Positions 51,247 through 62,527 of a DNA stretch of 64,000 nucleotides are shown here, piece after piece (position 1 is the first letter of the stretch; every line of letters starts with the position of its first letter). The position numbers and the translations under genes are program-made. Source of the stretch: Catajapyx aquilonaris (Eukaryota); contig JYFJ02001950.1 of the NCBI GenBank assembly GCA_000934665.2, forward strand, positions 1 to 64,000, in the 5' to 3' direction. The notes beneath the pieces were generated by a model. The model did no database searches and was not told where the DNA came from. It saw nothing but the letters and a program-made list of their open reading frames with translations.

Positions 51247-54200
51247 AACATTCTGTCACATCTACGAAACGTATCCCACAAAGTTTGGTAAAAATACGAA
51301 GCCAACAAGTAGAACATGTTGGGGTATTAAAAAATGCAGAAGTCATAATGCGTTTGTTTATGTGCCAGGACGCACCGTGAATTAATGAAAACTGGGACCC
51401 GGGAAATAGCGGCCTCCTGACACAATTGGCATAAAAAGTCGCGAATTGCGAGGCATGAAAAGGCTCGAAACGTAAAATTATTGCCTTTTCCAACACTCTC
51501 GAGGTTCGTTTCGGGGGTATGAAAAATGCTCGGAAATGGCGGCACGCGAAATAAGCGTAAAGGCATTAATTCACATTTAACCGTTTAGATGCTTGACGCA
51601 TCAAACTACTAACGCAAAAATTTTAGTGAAGAAGTGAGTTGTTTACTGCGCAATATTTTGCTTAATTACTGCGAGTCGCCCAGTAGTTAGCAGTAGTTTG
51701 GGAAACGGAGATTACCCACCACTCATGTAGGTTTGTCAAGCCTTCGCCGCCAAAAGCACTGGATTAATCCTCTCAAACCTGAGAAAAGCGCTTTTGGTAT
51801 ATATTCATCTAGCTAAAGTCCAAAGACGTACAAAAGAAGCCTCCTTTGAGAGGCTGAAAATGGTGGGCATCTGCAAGGAACGCCAAGTATTGCTCGCCTT
51901 TAGGGGATGGGAGCCCAAAGGGATAGATCGACAGGCTGAGGAGGGGCTAAGTCTTCTCCATCAATCCTTTAGCTTCCTTGGTATGTGCCGGCACCCAGAT
52001 AAGGATGTTAATCATAATTCCTAAGGATCCTCCGGGTTGGAGCCCGGATTTCGTCCCGGAATATTGGAGGGGCGCATCAAATAGGATCGGATGGTTTTTC
52101 GTAAAAAGGCGTGGGGCTTGCGTCGTTAGGATGGAGTCAAAGTGATCTGTTTTGAGAATGTCATCTATCTATCTGGGGCATGCCCACAGGGTGCTTCGTA
52201 ATGTCTGAAGACAGATTACTAGCCGCATTATGTAACATACTGTCTTGTAAGACGACCAATGAATGTTCTCCATGTCGATACTATTAAAATCATTCGTTGT
52301 ATAACAGAGGCTTCTGATTGGCCCGCCGTTTGTTTGCGCGACACGATTGGCTCCCGTTCTGCTACTGCGCAATGGGGGAAGCAGCGCCTCTGGTGGGCGA
52401 GAAGGGGAAACCAGTACGAATATGTCAGTAACAAGGCGAATTTCCTGATTACGACACACCCTGTGTATGTGGAGGTCGTCGATTTCCAACCCAAATAGAT
52501 CGGGTGGTAATAAACCGAGCGTGGATTTGATCGGCGTGGATTCCCTTCTTTTACGGCCCGCATTTCCCCACGTGTTTCCCCGGAGGAACGACCCGGTTTA
52601 TGCGTCGTCACTGCGGAAAGATATGGCCTCCGGATGCGGCCAAGTAGCACCCATATCCTCTATAGACCTCTCCTTACTATCGCCCATGCTGATGACATTG
52701 CCTGCCAAACTCTCCTCGTTCCGTCCCCCCTCCCCAAAAGGGAACAATCATTGGTACAAGTCAATTAATCAAACCCACTGGATCACCTTTTTGGGGGTGT
52801 GCGACAATGGGACCGTTAAGCCAACCGACACTCTCAGAGGCTGTAAGATTTCTCTTAACGGTTCATTTCGTCTGACTTCTGGCGGTTCGATGGTTTCCCA
52901 AGCGCCACTCAATTTACGACTAAAAGCGTTCCCAATTTTTTGACCTGTTTATTACCACGCAAGAGACGCCACGTTAGCAGTGATTTCAGAAAACACTTTG
53001 ATCGTTAGGAAAAACCGTTACGTGATCGTTATTTCAAATTCTGCACTTAAATTATTCTAGGCCTCCTCACACACTCTGGCCACGAGTACCACATTCTGCT
53101 CTAAAAATACTCGTAGGATGCTTGCTCTAAAATGGGTGGAAACCTTTTTTTTTCATTCTTCTTTTCCACCAGGACTTGGATCAGATGTCTGTTACAGCTG
53201 ATTCGACTGCACGAAACTTCCATTTTCACCCTGCCTGTTACGGCACTCTGGGAAAACGTACATATAGGTATAATGCTGTCAAATTGTATGTGCCGTAGAG
53301 ATCTACCTCTGAGGAGTGCTGAAGGGCTGATCAAACACGGGGAAAAGGATAAGGTTAAAGTATGTTTTCCGACATTAAAATCCTATTGATTGAAGTCCTT
53401 GCGCTCTGGAGCAGTCTGGGTTCCAACAGAAAATCAAACAGTTATTACGGGAATAAAATGCCATCGTATCTTCCTACAATCCTTCTTTAAGAGTAGGCAC
53501 GTAACGACCAACCGGCCCTGGCTTTTAATGTTGCTGTTTTATTTCCCTTGCTCCGACCTCTAAGAAAAGCATCGTTACATCGGAAGGGTTGCATAACCCT
53601 AGCCTTGTAATACTTTTCAGCCGACTGATAATGGGGAATAATTCGAGTATAAACATGGTGGCAGCCGAATGGTTGGACGCAGACAAATTGCTGAGTTGAT
53701 GCATTGCGGTGACAAAACAGGCATATGTCTAACTGATGTGTTCCGCTGGGAGGGGATGAGGGATTATGTGGGCTGCCAACACATTTTTTGACGTCCTTTT
53801 CACACCGATGCCGATGGCGGGTTTCATTCACCCTTGCATGATCTCGAGAGGGGAGCGACAAAAATCAGAGCTATTAAGTAGAATGTGTCAAAACAACAAA
53901 AATGTTGCAGACAAACTGTACAACAGACTGTCATCACTCTAAGCATATTAGGGTACTAACAAAGTAGTTTCACCTTGCATGATGCTGATTTTGCATTTTT
54001 GCATGTCACACTCCAAAAAGTACTGTGGACAATAAATTACTGCCACAATGATATTTTGCATGCAAAATGTGTCACGTACTGACATCCATTTTCTTTCCTC
54101 TGAAGATGTAAGAAGACTCGGAGGGCTCATCCTGTCACAGCGAGGGCACAGGAGGTCGAAGGTCATCCGGTGCTTCACAACCTGCACCGTCATCCTCCTC

Positions 54201-56851
54201 GACGTCGTATTGTGGTCCTGTCCTCTCCGATGCATCATCATCAAAATGCGTCGCCTTCGCTACCGAATCACCGTCCACCACAGGATTTGGTCCTCCCTGG
54301 CAGTACAATATTTAGCTCGAAGGCTCCCAGGAATATTTTTATCAGGCGTTAAAACCATGCCCAGCTGGTGTTTTTTTATTTTATTGTTATTTATTTCTTT
54401 TTAAGGCTATTTGCGACTTTTGCTCCGTTTCCCCAAAAAATATTGTTTGTCGATCGGCGAACGACTTTATTTATTTCGACCTGTTTCGAAGCATTTCTTT
54501 TCGTTGTTGTTGTTGTTTTCTTAATTTGGTATAAAGTAGCGGATTACGCCGCCCAAGTAATTAGTAAATTTTTTGTGATCTTTGATACTGCTCAGTAGAA
54601 TCCGTTGGTTATGTTTTGGCCACGGTATACAGTACATATAGGTACGTCTCACCTCGCTTTGTTACAGCTTACTGTCACTGTGATTGTAGAAAGTTCACAC
54701 TGCCTAAAGGACTTACAAGGGGTTGTCGAAAAATACCTATTAATACTATTTGTACAAACACGTTGTTAAAAAAAGCAAGAACCGTTTGGATATTGTTGAA
54801 TAAAGCTGATGAAAAGCAAATAAGTGGCCTGCAGCTTACACCTCACGCCTGGACCAGTACTTTTTTTTAATGACAGCTGCAATGTCTGCAATGTCAGACG
54901 ACATCATAAGGCATTAGGTACCAGCTTCATGGCTCCATATCCGTCCGGTCTGCCCGTGCCATTTGACCGTAATTAATAATATCTGAAAGTGTCGTAAAGC
55001 TTCCCACTACATAAACCGCGACGAACAAAATAAACGAGAGCTTGTAACACGCATCGGCTTTCACCGCGTAATGATGGCTCTCGACCGCATCGCATATGTG
55101 AACGTGCACTGTATGACCGCACTTCTGGGTGTGAGTGCGTGTGTTTTCGAACCGGACAAAAAGCCTTTCGTCAAGTTAACTCATGTCACCTGCTATCAGT
55201 GTTTACAGATATTCTGATAGGAAATATTCGTTTACTTGTGGAGCTTACAGTACCTGCTGTCCTCTCCGATTGTGTAGCGACAAAATACAGTTTTCGTGTA
55301 GAAGACAGTTTTTGGCACCGGTCATTGAGAAGGAACCTTGGGCGTCTTTTACTGGTAAAAAGTAAGTAAAAAGTATTAATACAGTCTGCATGTATGGAAA
55401 AAACCCCTTTTAACTTTTAACCTTGCTTTAAGTTAAGGGATTCTTAAAGGATATCTGAAAAACAGTTAAATGGATATTTCCTATTTATGGAGACTTTCAG
55501 ACACCACACTGCACTGTCGGGTAATAATCGGATAGTTAAAAAAAGGTAAATAATACTAGAAGAAGCACAAATTAACAAAAAAAGGAACTAGTACCATGTG
55601 GTACCATTTAATAGCAAAAGGTAATAAAATATGCAGTTTAAAAAGTAAAAAATGATACACAAATTGAGATTACAACAGTACATTAGACTCCTAGAGGGTT
55701 TGAGATTTAAATAATATTTGGGCGCCATGTTTTTTCTCTTAACTGGATCCAGAAGAGCATAGCTGCTACTTTCAGCTGCTAAAAGTAACATATCTTCAAC
55801 TTCCTATGAAAACCCCGTTCAATAACCCGAATTACTCCCAGCATCGCTTCCATAGTGTAGGGCCACCTCCCCGTGTATATATATATCGGCACTAAAATTA
55901 TACATTATATTTTTGAGCTGGTGTTGGGGGGGGGGGGGTGTGGGAAGCCCTTTCTGAATCCCGCGACAGCAAAAGTGCATTAGAGGTAATGACGCTAGCA
56001 ATATGGGCTTCCCCCACTTTCTGCTTGCTTGCTTACTGGCCTGGAAATGAAAAGGAAGGTAGTGCCGATATAATACTCTGGGAGCTCCTGATGATGATGT
56101 ACTGTGGGTGGAGATCGATTCACCTTTCCAAGCAGTGCTTCAAACTGGGGATGCTGATCCGAGCAGGTTCAGTATGCATTCCCATTACAGTCGGGATGGG
56201 AGTGACACATGTACAGAGTTGAGTCAGCAAAATATACAAAGACGTAGAATTTCCCAATTTTAGTCAGCCCAGCCTGAATGTAAACATCGGTTTGTAAACG
56301 GCGCACTTTGGAGCCTCCAGTCTCTTGTTACGTATCTGTTTCATTACTGTAAATAATTTATATGTACCGCAAATTATCATGTGGGATGGCCGCAAAAGGG
56401 GGCGTTTGGGAAACATAGGCTCGTTGTCGCGGTTCGGTTAGGTGCCTGTGTTTGCGTTTACGTGACCCAAACCCTGGTTTTACAAAATGATGTGAGTGAC
56501 CCTAGGGTTGAGCCTAGTCAATAATGGAAAGCACCTGGGGAGCTTTGCGGATTTTAGTGCTGTGCAGGGACGCAACAATGGTGGTTTTGGGAGTGGTTGG
56601 GGTTGCGGAATTAATCAGCTTTTTTTGTCTTGTTAAGAGAGGTGTAAAATCTATCAGAAAAAGTTTTGGCCACTTTTGACACAGTTTTCCCTTCATTTTT
56701 GGCCGAAACTTTTTGTGACAGAATTATAGTAGCCTACATGTCCTGGCTCCAGTCGTGTTGTGATTTGGGTGTGTCAAATAAGCAGAGTGAAACAACAGAA
56801 CTTTTCTTTAATGAATATAACACCTTGAAACTGCACTCGATGCTTAATTAA

Positions 56852-56857
56852 TTTATT
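56852..56857 (-). promoter_or_regulatory. Candidate polyadenylation signal of the NIT-GC gene
   Basis: AATAAA on the minus strand about 650 nt after the stop at 57506. Confidence 0.35.
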
Positions 56858-57505
56858 GAAAATATGTTTCACAATCATACAAGGTGATTCCAAAAAATAC
56901 ACGGCCTAATTTGTACGTGGAAGTGTATGACATATATTGGCACTGTCACCAGTGAGGTATCAATTATTTCGGTAACTATAAAATCTATGCTGGGTCATAC
57001 ACGCACAAATATTACGACCTGGTTGCTTCAAACAGCGAATTAAAACTATTTAACCTACCGATGAGGTACTTGTGTACTATTTTAAATAATCTACTGACGC
57101 ATTACAATGTGTACCAGCTATAAAGCCTCATGTTTTTCTTCATAACAACTCTACAGTAAAAATCAGTCTCCCGGGTGTAGTCTTATCCTTATGGCCTTAA
57201 AGCGTGTCATTAAAAACCCTACTTGACATTCATGGAAGTGCGGACGTGTGCGTACATATCAGAACAATAACAAATATCTTCTCCTGAGTGGAAAATCTTA
57301 TCAGGTCCTGTGCCAGACATGAAAATAAAGTGGCTCTGAAGCAGGGCTTTCTCTCTCAAAAAAAATCTTACTTTTTTTTCCCTGCAGTCGCCTCAAACTG
57401 ATGCGAGAGATTAAAGTGGCCGCAGGATTATTTATGCTAAGAAATGTAGTTTTAAAGGACGGCTTGGCTTTCTAAGCTGCGGAACATCTTCGTGCCACTC
57501 TTTGC

Positions 57506-57664
57506 TTACGTGGGACTCGTCACGTCATCCACCTCGATTTCTAGAATCTCGCGAAGAAATTCCGGTTCCGTGTCGTCCATGAATCCGGGCGTATCCATCT
57601 CCACAGAGCGAGTAATTCCTCCGTCCTTTCCGACCAACCAGAAGGTGTCCATTGCACCCTTTCC
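57506..57664 (-). CDS. NIT-GC last coding exon ([13 protein letters not shown] plus acidic tail, stop)
   Basis: Acceptor ctttttatcatAG|GGA; 53 codons ending TAA at 57508-57506. Confidence 0.88.
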   Translation of the reverse strand, partial: GKGAMDTFWLVGKDGGITRSVEMDTPGFMDDTEPEFLREILEIEVDDVTSPT

Positions 57665-60600
57665 CTATGATAAAAAGAGTGATGCAATCGCATTAGGAAA
57701 ACTTGTTAAACAAAGAGTGAACACTGAACAATTTAGCATATACCTTAATGTCAGTCTTGCCTCTGTGCTCCACAATGTATCCGCCGAGTTCATCCAGAGC
57801 CGTCTTGGTCTCCAACGTCAAATGAATCTTCATGGCTGAGATATCCGCATTAACCTTTGACCTCCACTGACTAATGGCAATGGTGATACTTTACCTTCTC
57901 CTGTTGACTCCATTCTGGACGCGGTGTTGATAGTGTCTCCAAAGAGGCAGTACCTGGGCATCCTTGTGCCGACAACCCCTGCGACGCATGGTCCTGTGTT
58001 GATGCCCACCCGGATCTGGATGTGGTGACCTCTCCGGTGAGGTATCTCGTAGTGCTGGATCCCACTTATCAAGTCCAGTGCCATCGTGGCTATCTCGCCG
58101 GCGTGTTTGTTGCCTACAAGTGGGGCCGAAACAAGGTACAAGTAATTATTGGGGTCAAGCAGTAGATTTATAGCGGTGTCCACTTACCATTCCTCTGGGG
58201 GATGCCTGACACGACCATGTAGGCGTCGCCGATGGTTTCGACTTTGTACACGTCGTAATGCTCCAGACGGGAGTCGAACAGCTTGTACAGAGAATTCAGG
58301 AGGCCCACCACCTGCGTATACAGTATATTATACAAGTGGAGTTGAACAATTGGCGGAATTTTTGCCCAATGCACTTGTCCAGAGGACACAAAAGACCAGC
58401 TCTAGCCCAATTACATGACTGATCATGGATTGAAAATATTCGTCTTATTTATTGAATGTTGTCACTTGTCAACAATAAACATAGCAGCAAGATTAATATT
58501 TTGGTGTTTGGAAGAAAATGCACAATAATTCCGTTGGCCTAAATAATTTTGAGTGTTACATTGGCTGAGCTGTCTTTCAGCGAAAATTGTTCGGGAAAAG
58601 CTTTATGTAACCCTCATAATCAAACCACTCAGCCAAAAAATTCACTTGCTCATACATCTACAGGTTTTAGATTTCGATGCATTGTTTATGCAGCTGTGGC
58701 TTTTTACTACATATATTCATATTTTTCGCGATATTAATTTCATGTGAACAAATATTGTTGCATTCAAAATTAATTATTTAAATGCGGAAAGTAAGCGGGA
58801 GTTAGTTTCCATCCTGTATGTGCTGTATATGATGCTTGCTCGTCTAAAGTTTAGACAAACATGCATCATTTATAGCATACTCTAAAATATTCAAAATCTA
58901 CTACCCAGTAGCGAGACGGAGAGGCGTAGTGGCATGTTAACTATGATGCACCACAGAACCTTGTAAACTGTGTCAACAAGTTCAAATTAATTGTTCTAGT
59001 ACGGTAATCCAAATAATGCATTCTCGTTAAAAAAATTTATCCAAGACCCTATCATTTCGTATGAAATCAGTTTACCCCTCGCCATTTCCAGAGCGAATTT
59101 TTTTTGTATTAAAGGATGCCCAGACTGTAATACAGTACTTGTGGTGTTGGGCAGTAGGTGTGCCGAAGTGCGCGTTATCCAGATCGCACTGCTTCAGGCC
59201 ATCCAGTTCGGCCTCGTATGCCACAGGAACAGACAAGACGGAGTGTGGGTTAGCTAACTGCCAGGATATGAAAATGGCGTGGAAAAGCAGCAGAGATGCC
59301 TAGCTGGAGTGACAGTTTGTTCCAGTAAATGAGTGAAAGCGGATTTCAGTTGCAAGTGCTTATGAAAGTCTCCTATTTAATTAAAATATAATTGTCATTT
59401 CGTTATAAAATTTTACTTTAAGTTTCGATCTCATTACGAAGAAAGCAGTCTCAGAAGTGAAAGAAGTGTCGCAGGCTGCAGCGACGCGACGTTTAAATAG
59501 TAAATATGAGTATTTTATTGGTGCTAATTATCTCAGTAAGGAGGATGAGATATATTCACAAAATAATGATCTTAAAATGCCCAAGGGTTCACCCTAATGT
59601 TTGTCTGAATATAGCTACTAATAGCTGCGTACTATCGCCAAAACATTAGACAACGATGATATTATAATAATTATGGCAATAGAGTTACTTGGGCAATGTA
59701 TTAAAATAATAGTGAACTTGTTACAGTTTTACCTACGCAATATGATAGGGCTCACAGCAATGCGTAATACTAGCTTGGAGCTTCGTGGAGTTTTAGTCCG
59801 AAGTATATATAATCGTTGCATAATTTTGTTATTATAATTTTTTCAAAACTCACATTTTGCAATGCTCTGGTGCGGAAATGTAAACTGTATGATACTACAG
59901 CTTTAGTTTTACCTAGAGTTTTACAAACTCAGCGCATCTGTTTACGTAAAATATATACCTCCTGCGGGAAAACGATAATTTAACTCTGGGAACTTTTGCA
60001 CAAAATATATAGCGTTTGATTTAGCCTTGTATTTCGTATTTGCAGTCTGCACTGACAACAATCCAGGCTAGAGCGATGTTAATAATTTTTAACACCCATT
60101 ATTTGAAGCGTGGTATGCTGTATTTTTTGTTATTGTCGCATTGATGTATTGCAAGTACGAGATTATACATGTAACAGTATAATTATGCACATCATGTCCA
60201 GCTGTAAATGACATCTTACGTTCCCTTTGTGATGAGAACGGACCATCAAGATCTGCTGTTGCTTGGATCGTCATCTGGCAGTGTAATAGTACTGAATACA
60301 ATCCACTGACATCACGTATTACATTTTTAAATAGCTTTTCTTTTACAAAGAGACCATTATTTTTGAAACATACCTCCAGAGGAGAACTGGAGGCAGAAAG
60401 GCGAGTGAATCCGACAATGTCACTGAAGTAGACCGTCCCGGATTCAAAGGCTTCTGCCGGAACCTGTCGGATTCAAATGTGTGTCAGTAAGCTCATAGGG
60501 TAACACATCCTACACACGAATCAAACGGCTGGTTCTCTGAAAGAATGAGAAAAAGGACCTGTTTTTTCTGCTTGAGCTGACGCGCCACGGCCGCTGGGAG

Positions 60601-62527
60601 CATCTGGCACAGGAGCCTGTCGCTTCGACGCTTCTCCTGGCGCAGTTTCTCGCTCTTTACCGACAGGGTTGCTGCGAATGCCTGCCGGGAATAAGGAAAA
60701 TCGGGTTTTATATATACGCAATACAGCAGGCATCACACGGCTGATGGCGTCTCAGTCGCGCCCCAACTGATGACACTCTGCCTGGAAGCGGAATTGCTGG
60801 GAACAAAAGTCTCTCACTTTTTGATATAGGCTATAGGGCTAAGTTGAAAGGAATCTGAAAGATCCTAAATTAACTACGGTAATTTCCTCTTATAAATTCG
60901 CACAAGCAAAGCTGTATAGTGGTGGAAATTAAACGATAAGCATAAGTATTGCCGCCTGGCCGTGTAAAAGAAAAGCTCCGCCAGACGGCAATACTTGTAC
61001 TAATCCATTAATTTTCACCACTGTACTCTGTACCACACTCAGAAATGGTTCAATACCGTCAGTCCGTTGTAATTGGATATGGCCAATTAGGCTATGCTGG
61101 TAGTCTTATTTCTTCAGACGGCAAAATCGGTTGTTAGGGCATGTCATTTAAGGTTGTGTAATCATACTTATTTGAACCTATCGTGATCAGTTCGTGAGGA
61201 CCAATACCAGTAATATGAAGGCTAAAAATATCCGCTGAGAAGGCTCGTCTTGTTTTTCAAGCAACGTTCATTACTCGGGGGCCATTTCCATGGCGACAGT
61301 AGATTATTTTCCGTACCTGCACAGTGATGGTTATATTTTTAACCATGAAGATTATGGCCGGTCCGATGACCAATGTGAGTAAGAGGAGGCTGATGGCGAT
61401 GCTTTGCTGCTGGGTGGCGGCTAGAATGTCCAGGTGTACTTGCATCCTTTAAAAAAATCGTCCAGTACTTGGATTCATAGTTACATAGCATTAAATTCGC
61501 GACGTACATGATCAGATCCTTCAGCTTCCATTGGTAACCCCGAAGCTCGTCGGTGTAGGAGGTCATTCCGTTGTAATACTCGTCAGCAAGGGTCAAGTTC
61601 GGTGCTCGAGCATTATTTTGATAGATTTGCTCCTTGTTGTTCATTAACTTATTGTACGAGCCAAACTTGGCGATGAAGGTTTCATACTTGCCCATTATGT
61701 CCAACGAGAAATGTTGGGCCGCGTTGAGGTAGTCTTGTGCCAGCGAATCGTGTCGTATGAACTTAATGAAGCTGGGCATGCTCAATCCACCTTTTCCAAA
61801 ATAGTACAGTCCGTACACCATAGAGATGCTCAAATTCTCTATGCAGCGGATCATGTTTTGAAACGCAATCAAGTGCCTGAAAGTTTGGCTGCCATGTAGG
61901 CATATATTTTTTATATAAATTCGCAAAAGATTATGCAAAACGATCCAAGTCCAAAAAACAATCCGTTTCCTTGTACATTACAGCCTCTTAGGGAAATTTT
62001 CGAATAAAGAAAATTGGGCAATTCATCAAATTCTCCTCAAATCATGGCGACTTTGATTGTTCTGCATTTTTTGTCTTCGTATACAACCTCCAGACAGTAG
62101 ATGTGGATCCCTTTCTGATTCTGGTAGTGAGCTGGTCCAAAATGAGGTCGTTGGCAATGTTGTACCACTGCATCTCTTCAAGAGCCGTATGGTCTGCTCT
62201 GGTTAAATCTTTCCTGAAACAATCTCGTTAATGAGAAAATTGCGCGTGTGTATATACTGTAGGAGAGTCGTGTTTACGTACGTTATTTCCAATATTCCTC
62301 TCCGGTTTTTTCTACGCGTGAAGTTAGCGAGCTGCTTTAGTTTACAATTAGCGTAAAAGGGAAAGAGATATTTTGTTTCATATACTTACTGGAACGAGTC
62401 CAAATGAAACGATAAGGAGCTCTTGCTTCTGAAAATGCTGTTCCAAGTTGATGACGACGTATTCAGTGATTCTGACATTTTTTGCATGGCTATGTCTGTT
62501 GTGGTGAAAGTTGATTCCAAGTCCGTC
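57506..62527 (-). CDS. Membrane guanylyl cyclase with NIT-like sensor domain (NIT-GC family), 5'-partial; complement join(57506..57664,57744..57835,57895..58113,58188..58311,60374..60463,60559..60681,61317..61446,61508..61876,62088..62213,62390..62527), ~522 aa visible
   Basis: Ten exons, all GT-AG and phase-compatible. Catalytic motifs [54 protein letters not shown] and [11 protein letters not shown]. Coiled coil [14 protein letters not shown] and a TM helix [20 protein letters not shown] precede them. The helical region upstream resembles NIT domains. No start exon was found in the window. Confidence 0.88.
57744..57835 (-). CDS. NIT-GC catalytic exon ([31 protein letters not shown])
   Basis: Acceptor atctcAG, donor AAG|GTATAT; in phase with both neighbours. 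Confidence 0.92.
57895..58113 (-). CDS. NIT-GC catalytic exon (NKHAGEIA...[22 protein letters not shown])
   Basis: Canonical guanylyl cyclase motif; acceptor cttgtAG, donor G|GTAAAG. Confidence 0.94.
58188..58311 (-). CDS. NIT-GC catalytic exon ([13 protein letters not shown]...[21 protein letters not shown])
   Basis: Canonical class III cyclase motif; acceptor tatacgcAG, donor G|GTAAGT. Confidence 0.94.
60374..60463 (-). CDS. NIT-GC catalytic exon ([30 protein letters not shown])
   Basis: Contains the first metal-binding Asp motif FSDIVGFT; acceptor gacAG, donor GAG|GTATGT. Confidence 0.92.
60559..60681 (-). CDS. NIT-GC exon encoding the coiled-coil signalling helix
   Basis: [41 protein letters not shown]; acceptor ttttccttattcccggcAG, weak donor CAG|GTCCTT. 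Confidence 0.87.
60917..61023. mobile_element. Short Tc1-like TIR element (107 bp) in an NIT-GC intron
   Basis: About 45-bp imperfect TIRs: TA|TAGTGGTGGAAATTAA...AAGTATTGCCGCCTGGC versus TA|CAGTGGTGAAAATTAA...AAGTATTGCCGTCTGGC; TA on both flanks. Confidence 0.7.
61317..61446 (-). CDS. NIT-GC exon encoding the transmembrane helix
   Basis: Acceptor tttttttaaAG|G, donor CAG|GTACGG; encodes [23 protein letters not shown]. Confidence 0.85.
61508..61876 (-). CDS. NIT-GC exon ([17 protein letters not shown]...[23 protein letters not shown])
   Basis: Core of ORF 61339..61938; acceptor actttcAG|G, donor AT|GTACGT. Confidence 0.85.
62088..62213 (-). CDS. NIT-GC exon (KDLTRAD...[15 protein letters not shown]...TVWR)
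   Basis: Acceptor ttgtttcAG|G, donor AG|GTTGTA; phase 2-2; NIT-like WY..N..IL..L helix. Confidence 0.8.
62390..62527 (-). CDS. NIT-GC exon (first visible; [17 protein letters not shown]...LDSFQ)
   Basis: Acceptor atttctttcAG|G, donor CA|GTAAGT; phase 2-2, in frame with the next exon. Confidence 0.75.
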
